Shown here: piece after piece, positions 25,902 through 34,054 of the stretch
Numbering within the stretch: the first letter of the stretch is position 1
Layout: every line of letters starts with the position of its first letter
DNA from: Phocaeicola dorei
GTDB taxonomy: Bacteria; Actinomycetota; Coriobacteriia; Coriobacteriales; Eggerthellaceae
NCBI GenBank assembly: GCA_963615035.1
Contig: CAVEFW010000094.1
Span: 1 to 38,312, forward strand
Direction of reading: 5' to 3'
Length of the DNA: 38,312 bases
Made by a program: the position numbers and the translations under genes
Notes under the pieces: generated by a model
What the model was told of the DNA's origin: nothing
Seen by the model: the letters and a program-made list of their open reading frames with translations, nothing else
Databases searched by the model: none

Positions 25902-28427
25902 TCAACTCTCCATGTTTGCGCTTTCATATCGCGCACAAAATTCATTGAAATCATCCAGTTCAGGAATGTTACACACCGAACCCTTGCGCGATGAAATAAA
26001 TTGAGGCACTGATGAGTCGGGTGCAACTACCTGCACATCGTTTACTACCACCAAACCGCCTTCTGTCATAAACTCGCTCTCAGATTCACTTCCCTTTATT
26101 TTTAAGTCATCGAACGTGTGCGTGTTGAACGCAACGAAATTCATGGAAAGCGCATCCACACTCAAAGGGCTTGCAAGCGTGCAACTATATCCTAGGTGAA
26201 ACACATGCTGACCTTGCCAACGAGCGCGCAGGTGTTCATCGCGCGCGCGCTCGAACCCTAAGTCTTGTATCCATCCATGCGCATCAACACTTATGGCACC
26301 TACCACTTCACGTGACCAGAAAGCACGCAACACCATCTGCCTTAAGCCATCTGTGCAATACATGTCGGCTGAGCGCGCAATTATCATTACATCGGGCACC
26401 ACTCCTTGATGTTTGATTGTCTGGGTTATGCTTTGCGCATCAAACGCGCGAAGCAGCATACCTACAGCATTAAAGCCGAAACGTTGCAACTGACGCACGA
26501 GCACATGGGTTGAATGCGTGCTTAGCACCAATACATTGAGCGAGGGCACCTCATCCCAGATAAGTTTATAGACACAAGGCACTGCGCTCAAGTGTGCCCG
26601 AGCGTGCACGCCTTCGCGCTCAAGTAAATTGTTGAGCACTGCAATCGATGACGATTCACCATAACTTTTCGCATGAGGATTAAGGGAAATCGATGTATCG
26701 CTCACTCGCCAGTGATAGAGAATTTGTGGCACGTGCACCACGTGCGCACCATGCACAAGCGCACTCAGCAAACCGTAGTAATCCTGAGAGCCATCATATA
26801 TTGAGTGGTTGAGCTCACCTGCTTGAAATAAGTTTTTCCGAATGGCAAGAAAATGAATGCAATAGTTTTTCGAAAAAACGAGTGCCCTATTCACACCACA
26901 CTTAAACATCGGCTTGCAAAATTCGCCGTTCTCATATAAATCCTCGTCGGAGTATAAAACATCTATTTCAGGATCGTCGCATATCGTGCGCGCATACACT
27001 TCAAGCGCATCTGGTGAGAGAAAATCGTCGTGGTCGAGCATGCACACATATTTACCACTTGCAGCGCGCACACCTGCCACAGTATTGAGCGTGATACCAA
27101 AGTTATCTTTGAGCATGACAACTTTAAGCGTACCTAACAGGCTATTTGCGCTCTCATAATGCGCAACCATTTTGCAAAGTTGCTCATTTTCAGGACTTGC
27201 GCACACAAGCACCAACTCGAAATTGCTATACGTTTGCGCTTCAAGTGAGCGCGTGAGATCTTCAAAGTACTCGCGCGGTGTATTCCACAAAGGGGTGATT
27301 ATGCTGAATGTGGGCATGTTGTTTTCGGTATATGAATGCGAGCACTCCTGCGTATATCCGTTTGCATGCTCGCCTTCATTCGTGCCCGTCTCACATTCAA
27401 CGGGCTTACTTGTGCGCACACATTGCCCAACCTTTTTGCTCTCACGCCATGCCTGATATGCATCTTGCTTATCCCACGCCGTCTTATTCACTTCCAAAAA
27501 CCGACGAAGCCCCTTTTCTGCCATCTGAGTGGGAAACGCGATGCGCGCAATAAATATGCCCGTGCGCTTGTTATATATATTGATGTTGTGAGGTTGTTCA
27601 AAGAAAGGAATTTCACACTTCAAAATTGCGGTGCGTTCGCCCAGTTTCTTTTGCACAAAACAAACATCGCCCTGCGTGCCGCCTTGCGCACGATATGCCC
27701 CTATCTCTCCCCCCGTCGAGTGTGCAATATGGGTTTCAACAACAGGAGTAATCGACACACCCAGATCTTTTGCATGGGAAAGGCGAGACGCAATCACTTG
27801 CAAAGATGCCAGATAGCGCCTTTGTGGCTTCAAATGGTTGATTTTACGCGCAGAAGTTTCCACATCAACGTGCAGAATTGAATTCTCATATGAACGCGCA
27901 TGCGCATCGTCTCTCATAGGCTTTTCAACCAATGCATCCAATTTCGCAAAAGCAAAACTCTCAAACGGTGGCAAATTATTCCAAGCAAGCTCTGCCAAAT
28001 GCGCCCTTGCGCAAACGTGTGCGTCTTGTTTGTGAGATATCTGCGCCCTTGTGCACGCGTTCACATCGATGCGATCCTCAAACAACACCTTGTTAAACGA
28101 TACATCCAAAATGCTCACATACCACGCGTTGTTATAGGTGGGCAGTTGGAGCACCACCACATCTTCAAACCCCTCGTCCAGAATAACAAAACATTGCTCA
28201 AGCGGAATTTGATGCTCATATCCGCACGCGCTCACACACCCCACGTCTGATATAAAAATCGAAAGACAACGCTCACGAGAAACACCGCTTAAAACCAAAC
28301 GTACTGAATTTTTTGAATAATCATCAAATTCATCTGTATCAGGACACGCAAACAATCCTAAGATTTTTGGCTTATGTGGAAAAAATGCCTCTTTCACAAG
28401 CGAGACACCTAAAGTTTTTAAGTTCAT
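25902..28427 (-). CDS. Family-2 glycosyltransferase paralog (unique ~370-aa N-terminal domain, one intact GT-A domain, degenerate C-terminal domain)
   Basis: FSIITPLWNTPREYFEDLTRSLEAQTYSNFELVLVCASPEN ... YVCMLDHDD ... DVLYSDEDLY ... FKCGVNRALVFSKNYCIH ... GSQDYYGL ... ILYHWRVS. In the C-terminal ~220 aa I could not find an NxD/DxD-type motif. Confidence 0.8.
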   Translation of the reverse strand: MNLKTLGVSLVKEAFFPHKPKILGLFACPDTDEFDDYSKNSVRLVLSGVSRERCLSIFISDVGCVSACGYEHQIPLEQCFVILDEGFEDVVVLQLPTYNNAWYVSILDVSFNKVLFEDRIDVNACTRAQISHKQDAHVCARAHLAELAWNNLPPFESFAFAKLDALVEKPMRDDAHARSYENSILHVDVETSARKINHLKPQRRYLASLQVIASRLSHAKDLGVSITPVVETHIAHSTGGEIGAYRAQGGTQGDVCFVQKKLGERTAILKCEIPFFEQPHNINIYNKRTGIFIARIAFPTQMAEKGLRRFLEVNKTAWDKQDAYQAWRESKKVGQCVRTSKPVECETGTNEGEHANGYTQECSHSYTENNMPTFSIITPLWNTPREYFEDLTRSLEAQTYSNFELVLVCASPENEQLCKMVAHYESANSLLGTLKVVMLKDNFGITLNTVAGVRAASGKYVCMLDHDDFLSPDALEVYARTICDDPEIDVLYSDEDLYENGEFCKPMFKCGVNRALVFSKNYCIHFLAIRKNLFQAGELNHSIYDGSQDYYGLLSALVHGAHVVHVPQILYHWRVSDTSISLNPHAKSYGESSSIAVLNNLLEREGVHARAHLSAVPCVYKLIWDEVPSLNVLVLSTHSTHVLVRQLQRFGFNAVGMLLRAFDAQSITQTIKHQGVVPDVMIIARSADMYCTDGLRQMVLRAFWSREVVGAISVDAHGWIQDLGFERARDEHLRARWQGQHVFHLGYSCTLASPLSVDALSMNFVAFNTHTFDDLKIKGSESESEFMTEGGLVVVNDVQVVAPDSSVPQFISSRKGSVCNIPELDDFNEFCARYESANMES

Positions 28428-28539
28428 GCAAATTCCCTTTATACAGAATGCAAATTAGCGCATATAAACAACGCGAAACTAAGGCACACGCAGCTCTCTT
28501 ATAATTCTTGCCATCTTTGCTTGTAGGCTTCGTTCATTT

Positions 28540-28569
28540 TTGCATGTGCGCTTTTGCTTATATTATAAT
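28540..28569 (+). promoter_or_regulatory. Candidate sigma-70-type promoter for the GlfT2-like/GT2 operon
   Basis: TTGCAT (28540-28545), an 18-nt spacer, then TATAAT (28564-28569), ~97 nt upstream of the ATG at 28666. This is sequence pattern only. Confidence 0.4.
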
Positions 28570-28665
28570 CTCAAAAATGCAAATGTGCGCGAGGCGATTT
28601 ACCACGCGCTTAACACCACGTCAAGCACACCAACAATGTAAACCACACAAAAGGAGAATTTTTCT

Positions 28666-30675
28666 ATGTTTAAACTCGCCAATGTGGTGATAGATAAAAC
28701 CGCGCGAGCTGTTCAATACCCCACGCTGTATTGCCGAGCCGACAGGGCATGTGCCCCAGGCGACAAACCCACCCATATAAAGTTGACAGACGCAGGCACA
28801 TACGACTTCACAACCTACATCAACGCTCTTTCCGCTCAGAAATACTTCACGTATTGCTCACTTGATAATTTTTCGCTGCACCTTGAAATCGCATCTGGCA
28901 CGGGAGTTGTGCAACTCACCTTTGCCGATCAGTTTAGCCAGAATACACAGATATTTAGTGATGCCACCTATAAATTTGATGCAAGCGAAAAACCTGCGGT
29001 GCTCGATATTACATATCCTAAAACAAATGCAACTATGGTTGCATTCAGGATTGTGGCGCAAAGCGCGACGGAAATTAAAAACTCGTTTTACTACACCCAC
29101 ATAAGCGCATCGCAGATAAAAGACGTGCGCTTGGCTTTGTGCACCACCACGTTCAAAAAAGAAGATTACATTATCCCCAACGTGAAAAAGCTCTATGAAG
29201 AAATCTTATGTGATGAAAAATTGAGCGTGGGTGGAGTAGGCGAAAACGCGCAGGCGCAAAAAACGGGCGAAAGCTCGCGGGCGCACGGAGCAAGCGAAAG
29301 TGCGCATGTAAACGGCACAAACGAAGCGCACGAAATCGCGTATGCACATGACGCGCAGGAAAACTCAAGCATCGCGCAGAATTTCTGGATACACGTGGTT
29401 GACAACGGTAGAACGCTGAGTGAGCGCGACTTTCCCGCCCACGATCACATCCTTTTACATCCCAACGTCAACGCGGGAGGTGCAGGCGGTTTCGCACGTG
29501 GCATGATAGAAGCACTTCACCAGAGTGAGGGCATAACGCACGTTTTGCTCATGGACGATGATGTGTCTGTGTCTCCTGAGAGCATTAAGCGCACCTATAA
29601 CTTACTTCGCATCGTGAATGCGGAATATGCGCACGCACTTGTGAGCGGCGCTATGCTTGACATCGACTACCCCAACGAACAATGGGAAGATGCGGGCAGG
29701 ATCGATGAATTTGGTCACTTCATGCAAGCAAAAAAACCTCTTTATATAAATAAATTAACCGATTGTGTGAAAAACGAACTCTATGATTTGAGTTGTGCCG
29801 ATTATGCTGCTTGGTGGTATTGTGTGATGCCCACGAGTGTAATACGCGAGCACGGCTTGCCACTGCCCTTCTTTGTGCGCAGCGACGATACCGAATATGG
29901 CTTTCGCGTGCATGAAAAAATAATGACGATGAATTCCATCGGCATCTGGCATCAAGGTTTCCGCACGCGCTATGATGCGGCAGTTGAGCGCTATCAGACT
30001 ACGCGAAACACACTTATGGCGAATGCCTTTACAGGGTGTGCCAAGCAAGAATATTTCATCAACCAAGCAAAAGATGCGTTCAAGTTGGAGATAAAGCGCT
30101 TCAACTACAAAAACGCGCTTTTAGTCATCGAGGCGCTCGAAGATTACTTACGCGGGCCTGAGTTCATCATGCGCGCGGGCGTGGCGGAAGAAAAATTCCT
30201 AGAGAAACATAAAACATGCGAGCAACTCTTGCCACTAGATGAGGCGCTAGCACTCGTGCCCGAAGAATATCGCGACGACGTGACACGGCAGATAAACATA
30301 ACAAGTGCTTATATAGATTCGCCTCGTGCGCTCAAACAAAGGATATTCGATGTTGCAAGTTGGAACGGACAGATGCGCACGCATGAGCGAGGCTTGCCGC
30401 AAAAAGAATGGGCAGTCATGCCTTATGAGGGGTGGTTTTATTTGCCTGAGCGTCAAATGGGGGCGCAAAATATATTCGTGATAGATTTCATAGGGTGTCG
30501 CGGTGCATGTCGTCACAAAGATGATGAACAATTCAAGGAACTCTATTCGCGTTTCAATAAGGCAATCAAGGCTACAAAAGGCAACAGGCGTTTGGTGAGA
30601 AAATACAGGCGCGCTGCCGCCTGCGCCACAAGTGAAACATTCTGGCGAGATTATCTCGGAATGGACAAAGCATGA
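28666..30675 (+). CDS. GlfT2-like processive glycosyltransferase (putative galactofuranosyltransferase-type polymerase)
   Basis: The ATG is preceded by aaaggag. The N-terminal non-catalytic region contains TYDFTTYINALSAQKYFTYCSL. The GT-A core has HVLLMDDDVSVSPESI, AAWWYCVMPTSVIREHGLPLPFFVRSDDTEYGFR and IGIWHQGF. A helical C-terminal region follows. This three-part layout and these motifs resemble mycobacterial GlfT2 as I recall it, but no HMM search was run. Confidence 0.6.
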   Translation: MFKLANVVIDKTARAVQYPTLYCRADRACAPGDKPTHIKLTDAGTYDFTTYINALSAQKYFTYCSLDNFSLHLEIASGTGVVQLTFADQFSQNTQIFSDATYKFDASEKPAVLDITYPKTNATMVAFRIVAQSATEIKNSFYYTHISASQIKDVRLALCTTTFKKEDYIIPNVKKLYEEILCDEKLSVGGVGENAQAQKTGESSRAHGASESAHVNGTNEAHEIAYAHDAQENSSIAQNFWIHVVDNGRTLSERDFPAHDHILLHPNVNAGGAGGFARGMIEALHQSEGITHVLLMDDDVSVSPESIKRTYNLLRIVNAEYAHALVSGAMLDIDYPNEQWEDAGRIDEFGHFMQAKKPLYINKLTDCVKNELYDLSCADYAAWWYCVMPTSVIREHGLPLPFFVRSDDTEYGFRVHEKIMTMNSIGIWHQGFRTRYDAAVERYQTTRNTLMANAFTGCAKQEYFINQAKDAFKLEIKRFNYKNALLVIEALEDYLRGPEFIMRAGVAEEKFLEKHKTCEQLLPLDEALALVPEEYRDDVTRQINITSAYIDSPRALKQRIFDVASWNGQMRTHERGLPQKEWAVMPYEGWFYLPERQMGAQNIFVIDFIGCRGACRHKDDEQFKELYSRFNKAIKATKGNRRLVRKYRRAAACATSETFWRDYLGMDKA

Positions 30676-33122
30676 AAACTTACAATTCAATCGATGAATA
30701 CCTTCAAGAAAACCCGCTCACCCAAGATGAAGTAAAGCGCGGTCAGGCACTGCGCATCGTGCGTGCACGTTGGGGTCACATCGGTTTTTTAGATAGCAGA
30801 CATTGCTACGGTGCAACCGCATTCAAAACGCCAGACAGAATAATCAATGATTTTTTTAGCGATAGTTTTTCTTATGCCGTCTTGCACCTATGTGCCAAAA
30901 GGCCTCTCTGCGAGCGTCCGAACATCGAGATATCGAAGTCAAGCCCACGCAGGGCTAAAATATTGCAACAGTTCGCACTTCCCTATGAAAAACGCCGAGC
31001 GTATGTGCAAAACATGAACTCGCAGTGCGATGATGCACAACGTAACGCTGCACGAGACGATGCCTTGCTAAACGACGTGCAGAGTGTAAACGTACAAAGC
31101 ACACACACGCAAAGTGCGGCCACATGGTATGTGGCGGAAGCAGAAGTTATCTTGTGTGGCAATGTGAATTCTTTCACGCTCAAGTGCGATCGCGCGCGTG
31201 CGAGTGCGTCTCGCGAATGCACGCATAAAATGCAACACGCCTTTTATAAGGAAATAGAAAACGTATCATGCAACGATGACCTCTATGAAAAATGGTTCTT
31301 CAAGCAACGCGAAAGTTACGATGTTGCACATATGCAAGAAGAAATTCGCGCACGCGTGCAAAAAAGCGCGAATGCAGGTGCAAATTCGAGTGTGAATGCC
31401 AGCACACACGCGAGCGAAAACACAAGCGCGAACGCAAGCGCACAAAACAACGCCCAAGATGCCGCAGGCCCGCTCATGAGCATAGTTATGCCTGCCTACC
31501 ACACACCCCCTGCCTTTTTACGCGATGCAATAGATTCAATTTTGGCGCAGGTATATGAAAACTGGGAACTTGTGATAGTGAACGCAAGCCCTGATGACGA
31601 AGAAATGGCATCAACGCTTGCTGCCTACACTGACGCGCGCATAAAAGTGGTGCAACAACCACACAATGATGGAATAGTGGGCAACACCAATCTGGGCATA
31701 GAGCACACAAAAGGCGACTATATCTGCTTTCTCGATCACGACGATTTCGTGGAGCCAGAAGCACTTTTATTCTATGTGGACGCCATCACGCGTGCTGCCG
31801 CAGAAAACACCCATGTGTGCCTGCTCTATTGCGATGAAGATTCATACACCGAAGAGGGCGTCTATCACTTCCCTTTCTTCAAGCCCGACTTCAACATCGA
31901 TTTGATACTATCCAACAACTACATAGTTCATTGGCTCTGTGTAAGCAGGCGCGTAATAAATGAAATGGGAAAGTCTGGCGCGGAAGTCGAGGGCGCACAA
32001 GATTACGACCTCACACTCAAAGCAGCATGTTTATGTGACGCATTCGGCAATGAAATTAAATCATGCGTGCGCAAAAACGAAAAAAGCAAGCCTTGCGAGA
32101 TAGTTCACATTCCGCACGTTCTTTACCACTGGCGCATGCATTCAGGGTCCGTCAATGCTAATTTTGGAACAAAAACTTACGCCATGAATGCGGGACGCGT
32201 GGCAGTGAAAAACTTTTTGAACACACACAACATTCAAAACACCACCACGTGTGAACCTGCTATGTTTACATATCGTGCACTTTATGAACCAAATCCGCCA
32301 AAATCACTCGATGTGTTTCTCGTCGGTGCACCTTGTGAATTAGCAAATTTTTCTCAAGAAAATATCGCGCTGAAAAGCCATATTCAAAACCTTGTGCAGG
32401 AATACAAGAACGCAGGCGGCGACATTTCGTTCTATGCACTGCCGCACGACACGCCACAAACGCGACAGACAGCCCTTGAACGAAGCAATGCGCACGTGGT
32501 GGCTTTTTTGCCCTATGACATGGCTGCCCTGCAAGATAATTTGTTTTATTTGCGCATATATGCAAAGACGTTTTGTGTGCCTATTCCAAAAGAGCCCAAT
32601 CACAACGGGTTTTTGACGCTTGCGGGATATTTCGCACGAGGCGATGTGGGAGCGGCTAGCCCGCGCGTTATGCGTTTTGACGGGCTTGCTGAATATAACA
32701 ACATCACGGTGAGCGGCGCGGGCAACTTAATTTGCATGAACAGATATCTCACCTTTTTCGATGAAGGGTATCAAACTCGCTCGGTGCGCCCCTTAAACCC
32801 CATGGTGTTATATGCGCGTGCGGTGTTTCTAGATCGCACATGTGCGCTTGCATGTGGCGGGTTTTCAACAGACTATGAAACGCTTGATTTTTCGTTTGCG
32901 AATTTGTGCATGAAAATGCGTGCGCAAGGAAAGCACTTGGTATATTCGCCGTTTGCAGTGCTGAAACGATCGCGCTTTGAAACGCAATTTGGCACTGTTT
33001 TGTCACCTAGTGCACATACAGATAGAGAAAAGTTTGTGCGTGCGTGGAGAAAAAAAATTGAAGCGGGCGACCCCTGCTTTAACCCCAATCTTGACAGAGA
33101 GTGCCCTTACTATCGCTTGTAG
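30672..33122 (+). CDS. Family-2 glycosyltransferase paralog (unique N-terminal region with low-complexity tracts, one intact GT-A domain, degenerate C-terminal GT-A-like domain)
   Basis: ATGA start/stop overlap with the upstream gene. LMSIVMPAYHTPPAFLRDAIDSILAQVYENWELVIVNASPDD ... YICFLDHDD ... LLYCDEDSY ... FKPDFNIDLILSNNYIVH ... GAQDYDL ... VLYHWRMH. The C-terminal part keeps GT-A-like ends (GGFSTDYETLDFSFANLCMKMRAQGKHLVY) but has FLPYDM where the paralog has LLNNDTE. Confidence 0.8.
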   Translation: MKTYNSIDEYLQENPLTQDEVKRGQALRIVRARWGHIGFLDSRHCYGATAFKTPDRIINDFFSDSFSYAVLHLCAKRPLCERPNIEISKSSPRRAKILQQFALPYEKRRAYVQNMNSQCDDAQRNAARDDALLNDVQSVNVQSTHTQSAATWYVAEAEVILCGNVNSFTLKCDRARASASRECTHKMQHAFYKEIENVSCNDDLYEKWFFKQRESYDVAHMQEEIRARVQKSANAGANSSVNASTHASENTSANASAQNNAQDAAGPLMSIVMPAYHTPPAFLRDAIDSILAQVYENWELVIVNASPDDEEMASTLAAYTDARIKVVQQPHNDGIVGNTNLGIEHTKGDYICFLDHDDFVEPEALLFYVDAITRAAAENTHVCLLYCDEDSYTEEGVYHFPFFKPDFNIDLILSNNYIVHWLCVSRRVINEMGKSGAEVEGAQDYDLTLKAACLCDAFGNEIKSCVRKNEKSKPCEIVHIPHVLYHWRMHSGSVNANFGTKTYAMNAGRVAVKNFLNTHNIQNTTTCEPAMFTYRALYEPNPPKSLDVFLVGAPCELANFSQENIALKSHIQNLVQEYKNAGGDISFYALPHDTPQTRQTALERSNAHVVAFLPYDMAALQDNLFYLRIYAKTFCVPIPKEPNHNGFLTLAGYFARGDVGAASPRVMRFDGLAEYNNITVSGAGNLICMNRYLTFFDEGYQTRSVRPLNPMVLYARAVFLDRTCALACGGFSTDYETLDFSFANLCMKMRAQGKHLVYSPFAVLKRSRFETQFGTVLSPSAHTDREKFVRAWRKKIEAGDPCFNPNLDRECPYYRL

Positions 33123-33166
33123 CTGCTTTGCGCTTTGCGGTTACTCTATGAAGTTACTTTATGTGG

Positions 33167-34051
33167 TTACTTAACACGCTCGATGTTTGCGCGTTGCTCC
33201 AGCGCATCGCCCGACAAGTTAAAAAGCGCATCCAAAAAGTATGTGCGATATGAACCATTTCCGTCTGCAAAATCTGGGTTGTTTGCGCGCTGCGTTTTCA
33301 TGCGCGCGTCTGCAATCTCTCCGCAAATGCCATGTGCCGCAACAGATGCAAGCGTGCGCTGTAATGTTGATGCAGAACTATTGCTTGTTGCAATATATGC
33401 CGCCATTGTGCACGTGAGCATGCAACCTGCACCCGTTATGCGTGCGCAAAGCGCAGAACCGTTGTGCACGGCGTAACATTCAGTGGCGCTTGCCACCAAA
33501 TCAACAGGGCCTGTGATGGCAACTATCACGTTTGCCACCTGCGCAAATGTGCATGCGAATTGCACTGCTGCGCTCATATTGTGTGCATCCACGATATCTG
33601 CACTTGCCACATCCACGCCTCGTGTGTGTGTGGAAGAACCCGCCTCAACATATGATGCATAAAGTGCCTTCACCTCGCTCATATTTCCGCGCACCACGCT
33701 TATGCTGTGTTCACGCAGCAAATCGGTTGCCACTTTTGTGCGAAGTGTGCTGGCACCTGCGCCCACAGGGTCGAACACTACAGGGTGACCAAGCGCACTT
33801 GCGCGTGTGGCCGCACGGTGCATACCCGCAATAGTTCGCTGATTGAGCGTGCCGATGTTCAACACGAGCGCATTGCATATGCTCGTGATATCTTCCACAT
33901 CCGCTGGCTCATCACTCATGATGGGGCTAGCGCCACATGCAAGAAGCGCGTTAGCACAATCATTCACTGTCACATAATTAGTTATGCAATGCACGAGCGG
34001 GTTTTCCTCGCGCACCGCATCAAGTGCGCTCTTTAATGCAAATGTCTCCAT
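33167..34051 (-). CDS. thiM: Hydroxyethylthiazole kinase
   Basis: NPLVHCITNYVTVNDCANALLACGASPIMS, ALVLNIGTL, VVFDPVGAGAS, and ITGAGCMLT near the C-terminus. The SD aaggag lies inside the end of thiC, and the gap to thiC is 3 nt. Confidence 0.9.
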   Translation of the reverse strand: METFALKSALDAVREENPLVHCITNYVTVNDCANALLACGASPIMSDEPADVEDITSICNALVLNIGTLNQRTIAGMHRAATRASALGHPVVFDPVGAGASTLRTKVATDLLREHSISVVRGNMSEVKALYASYVEAGSSTHTRGVDVASADIVDAHNMSAAVQFACTFAQVANVIVAITGPVDLVASATECYAVHNGSALCARITGAGCMLTCTMAAYIATSNSSASTLQRTLASVAAHGICGEIADARMKTQRANNPDFADGNGSYRTYFLDALFNLSGDALEQRANIERVK

Positions 34052-34054
34052 CGC

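Noticed and set aside
27336-27881. 181-aa plus-strand ORF, with neighbours 26171..28250 and 24326..25391
   Set aside because: They are antisense or out-of-frame overlaps of the 841-aa GT and the membrane-protein genes, and have no motifs or SD sequences.
28508-28690. 60-aa ORF in the divergent GT promoter region
   Set aside because: It spans the predicted -35/-10 elements and runs into the start of the GlfT2-like gene in another frame. It has no SD and an implausible Cys/Arg-rich composition.
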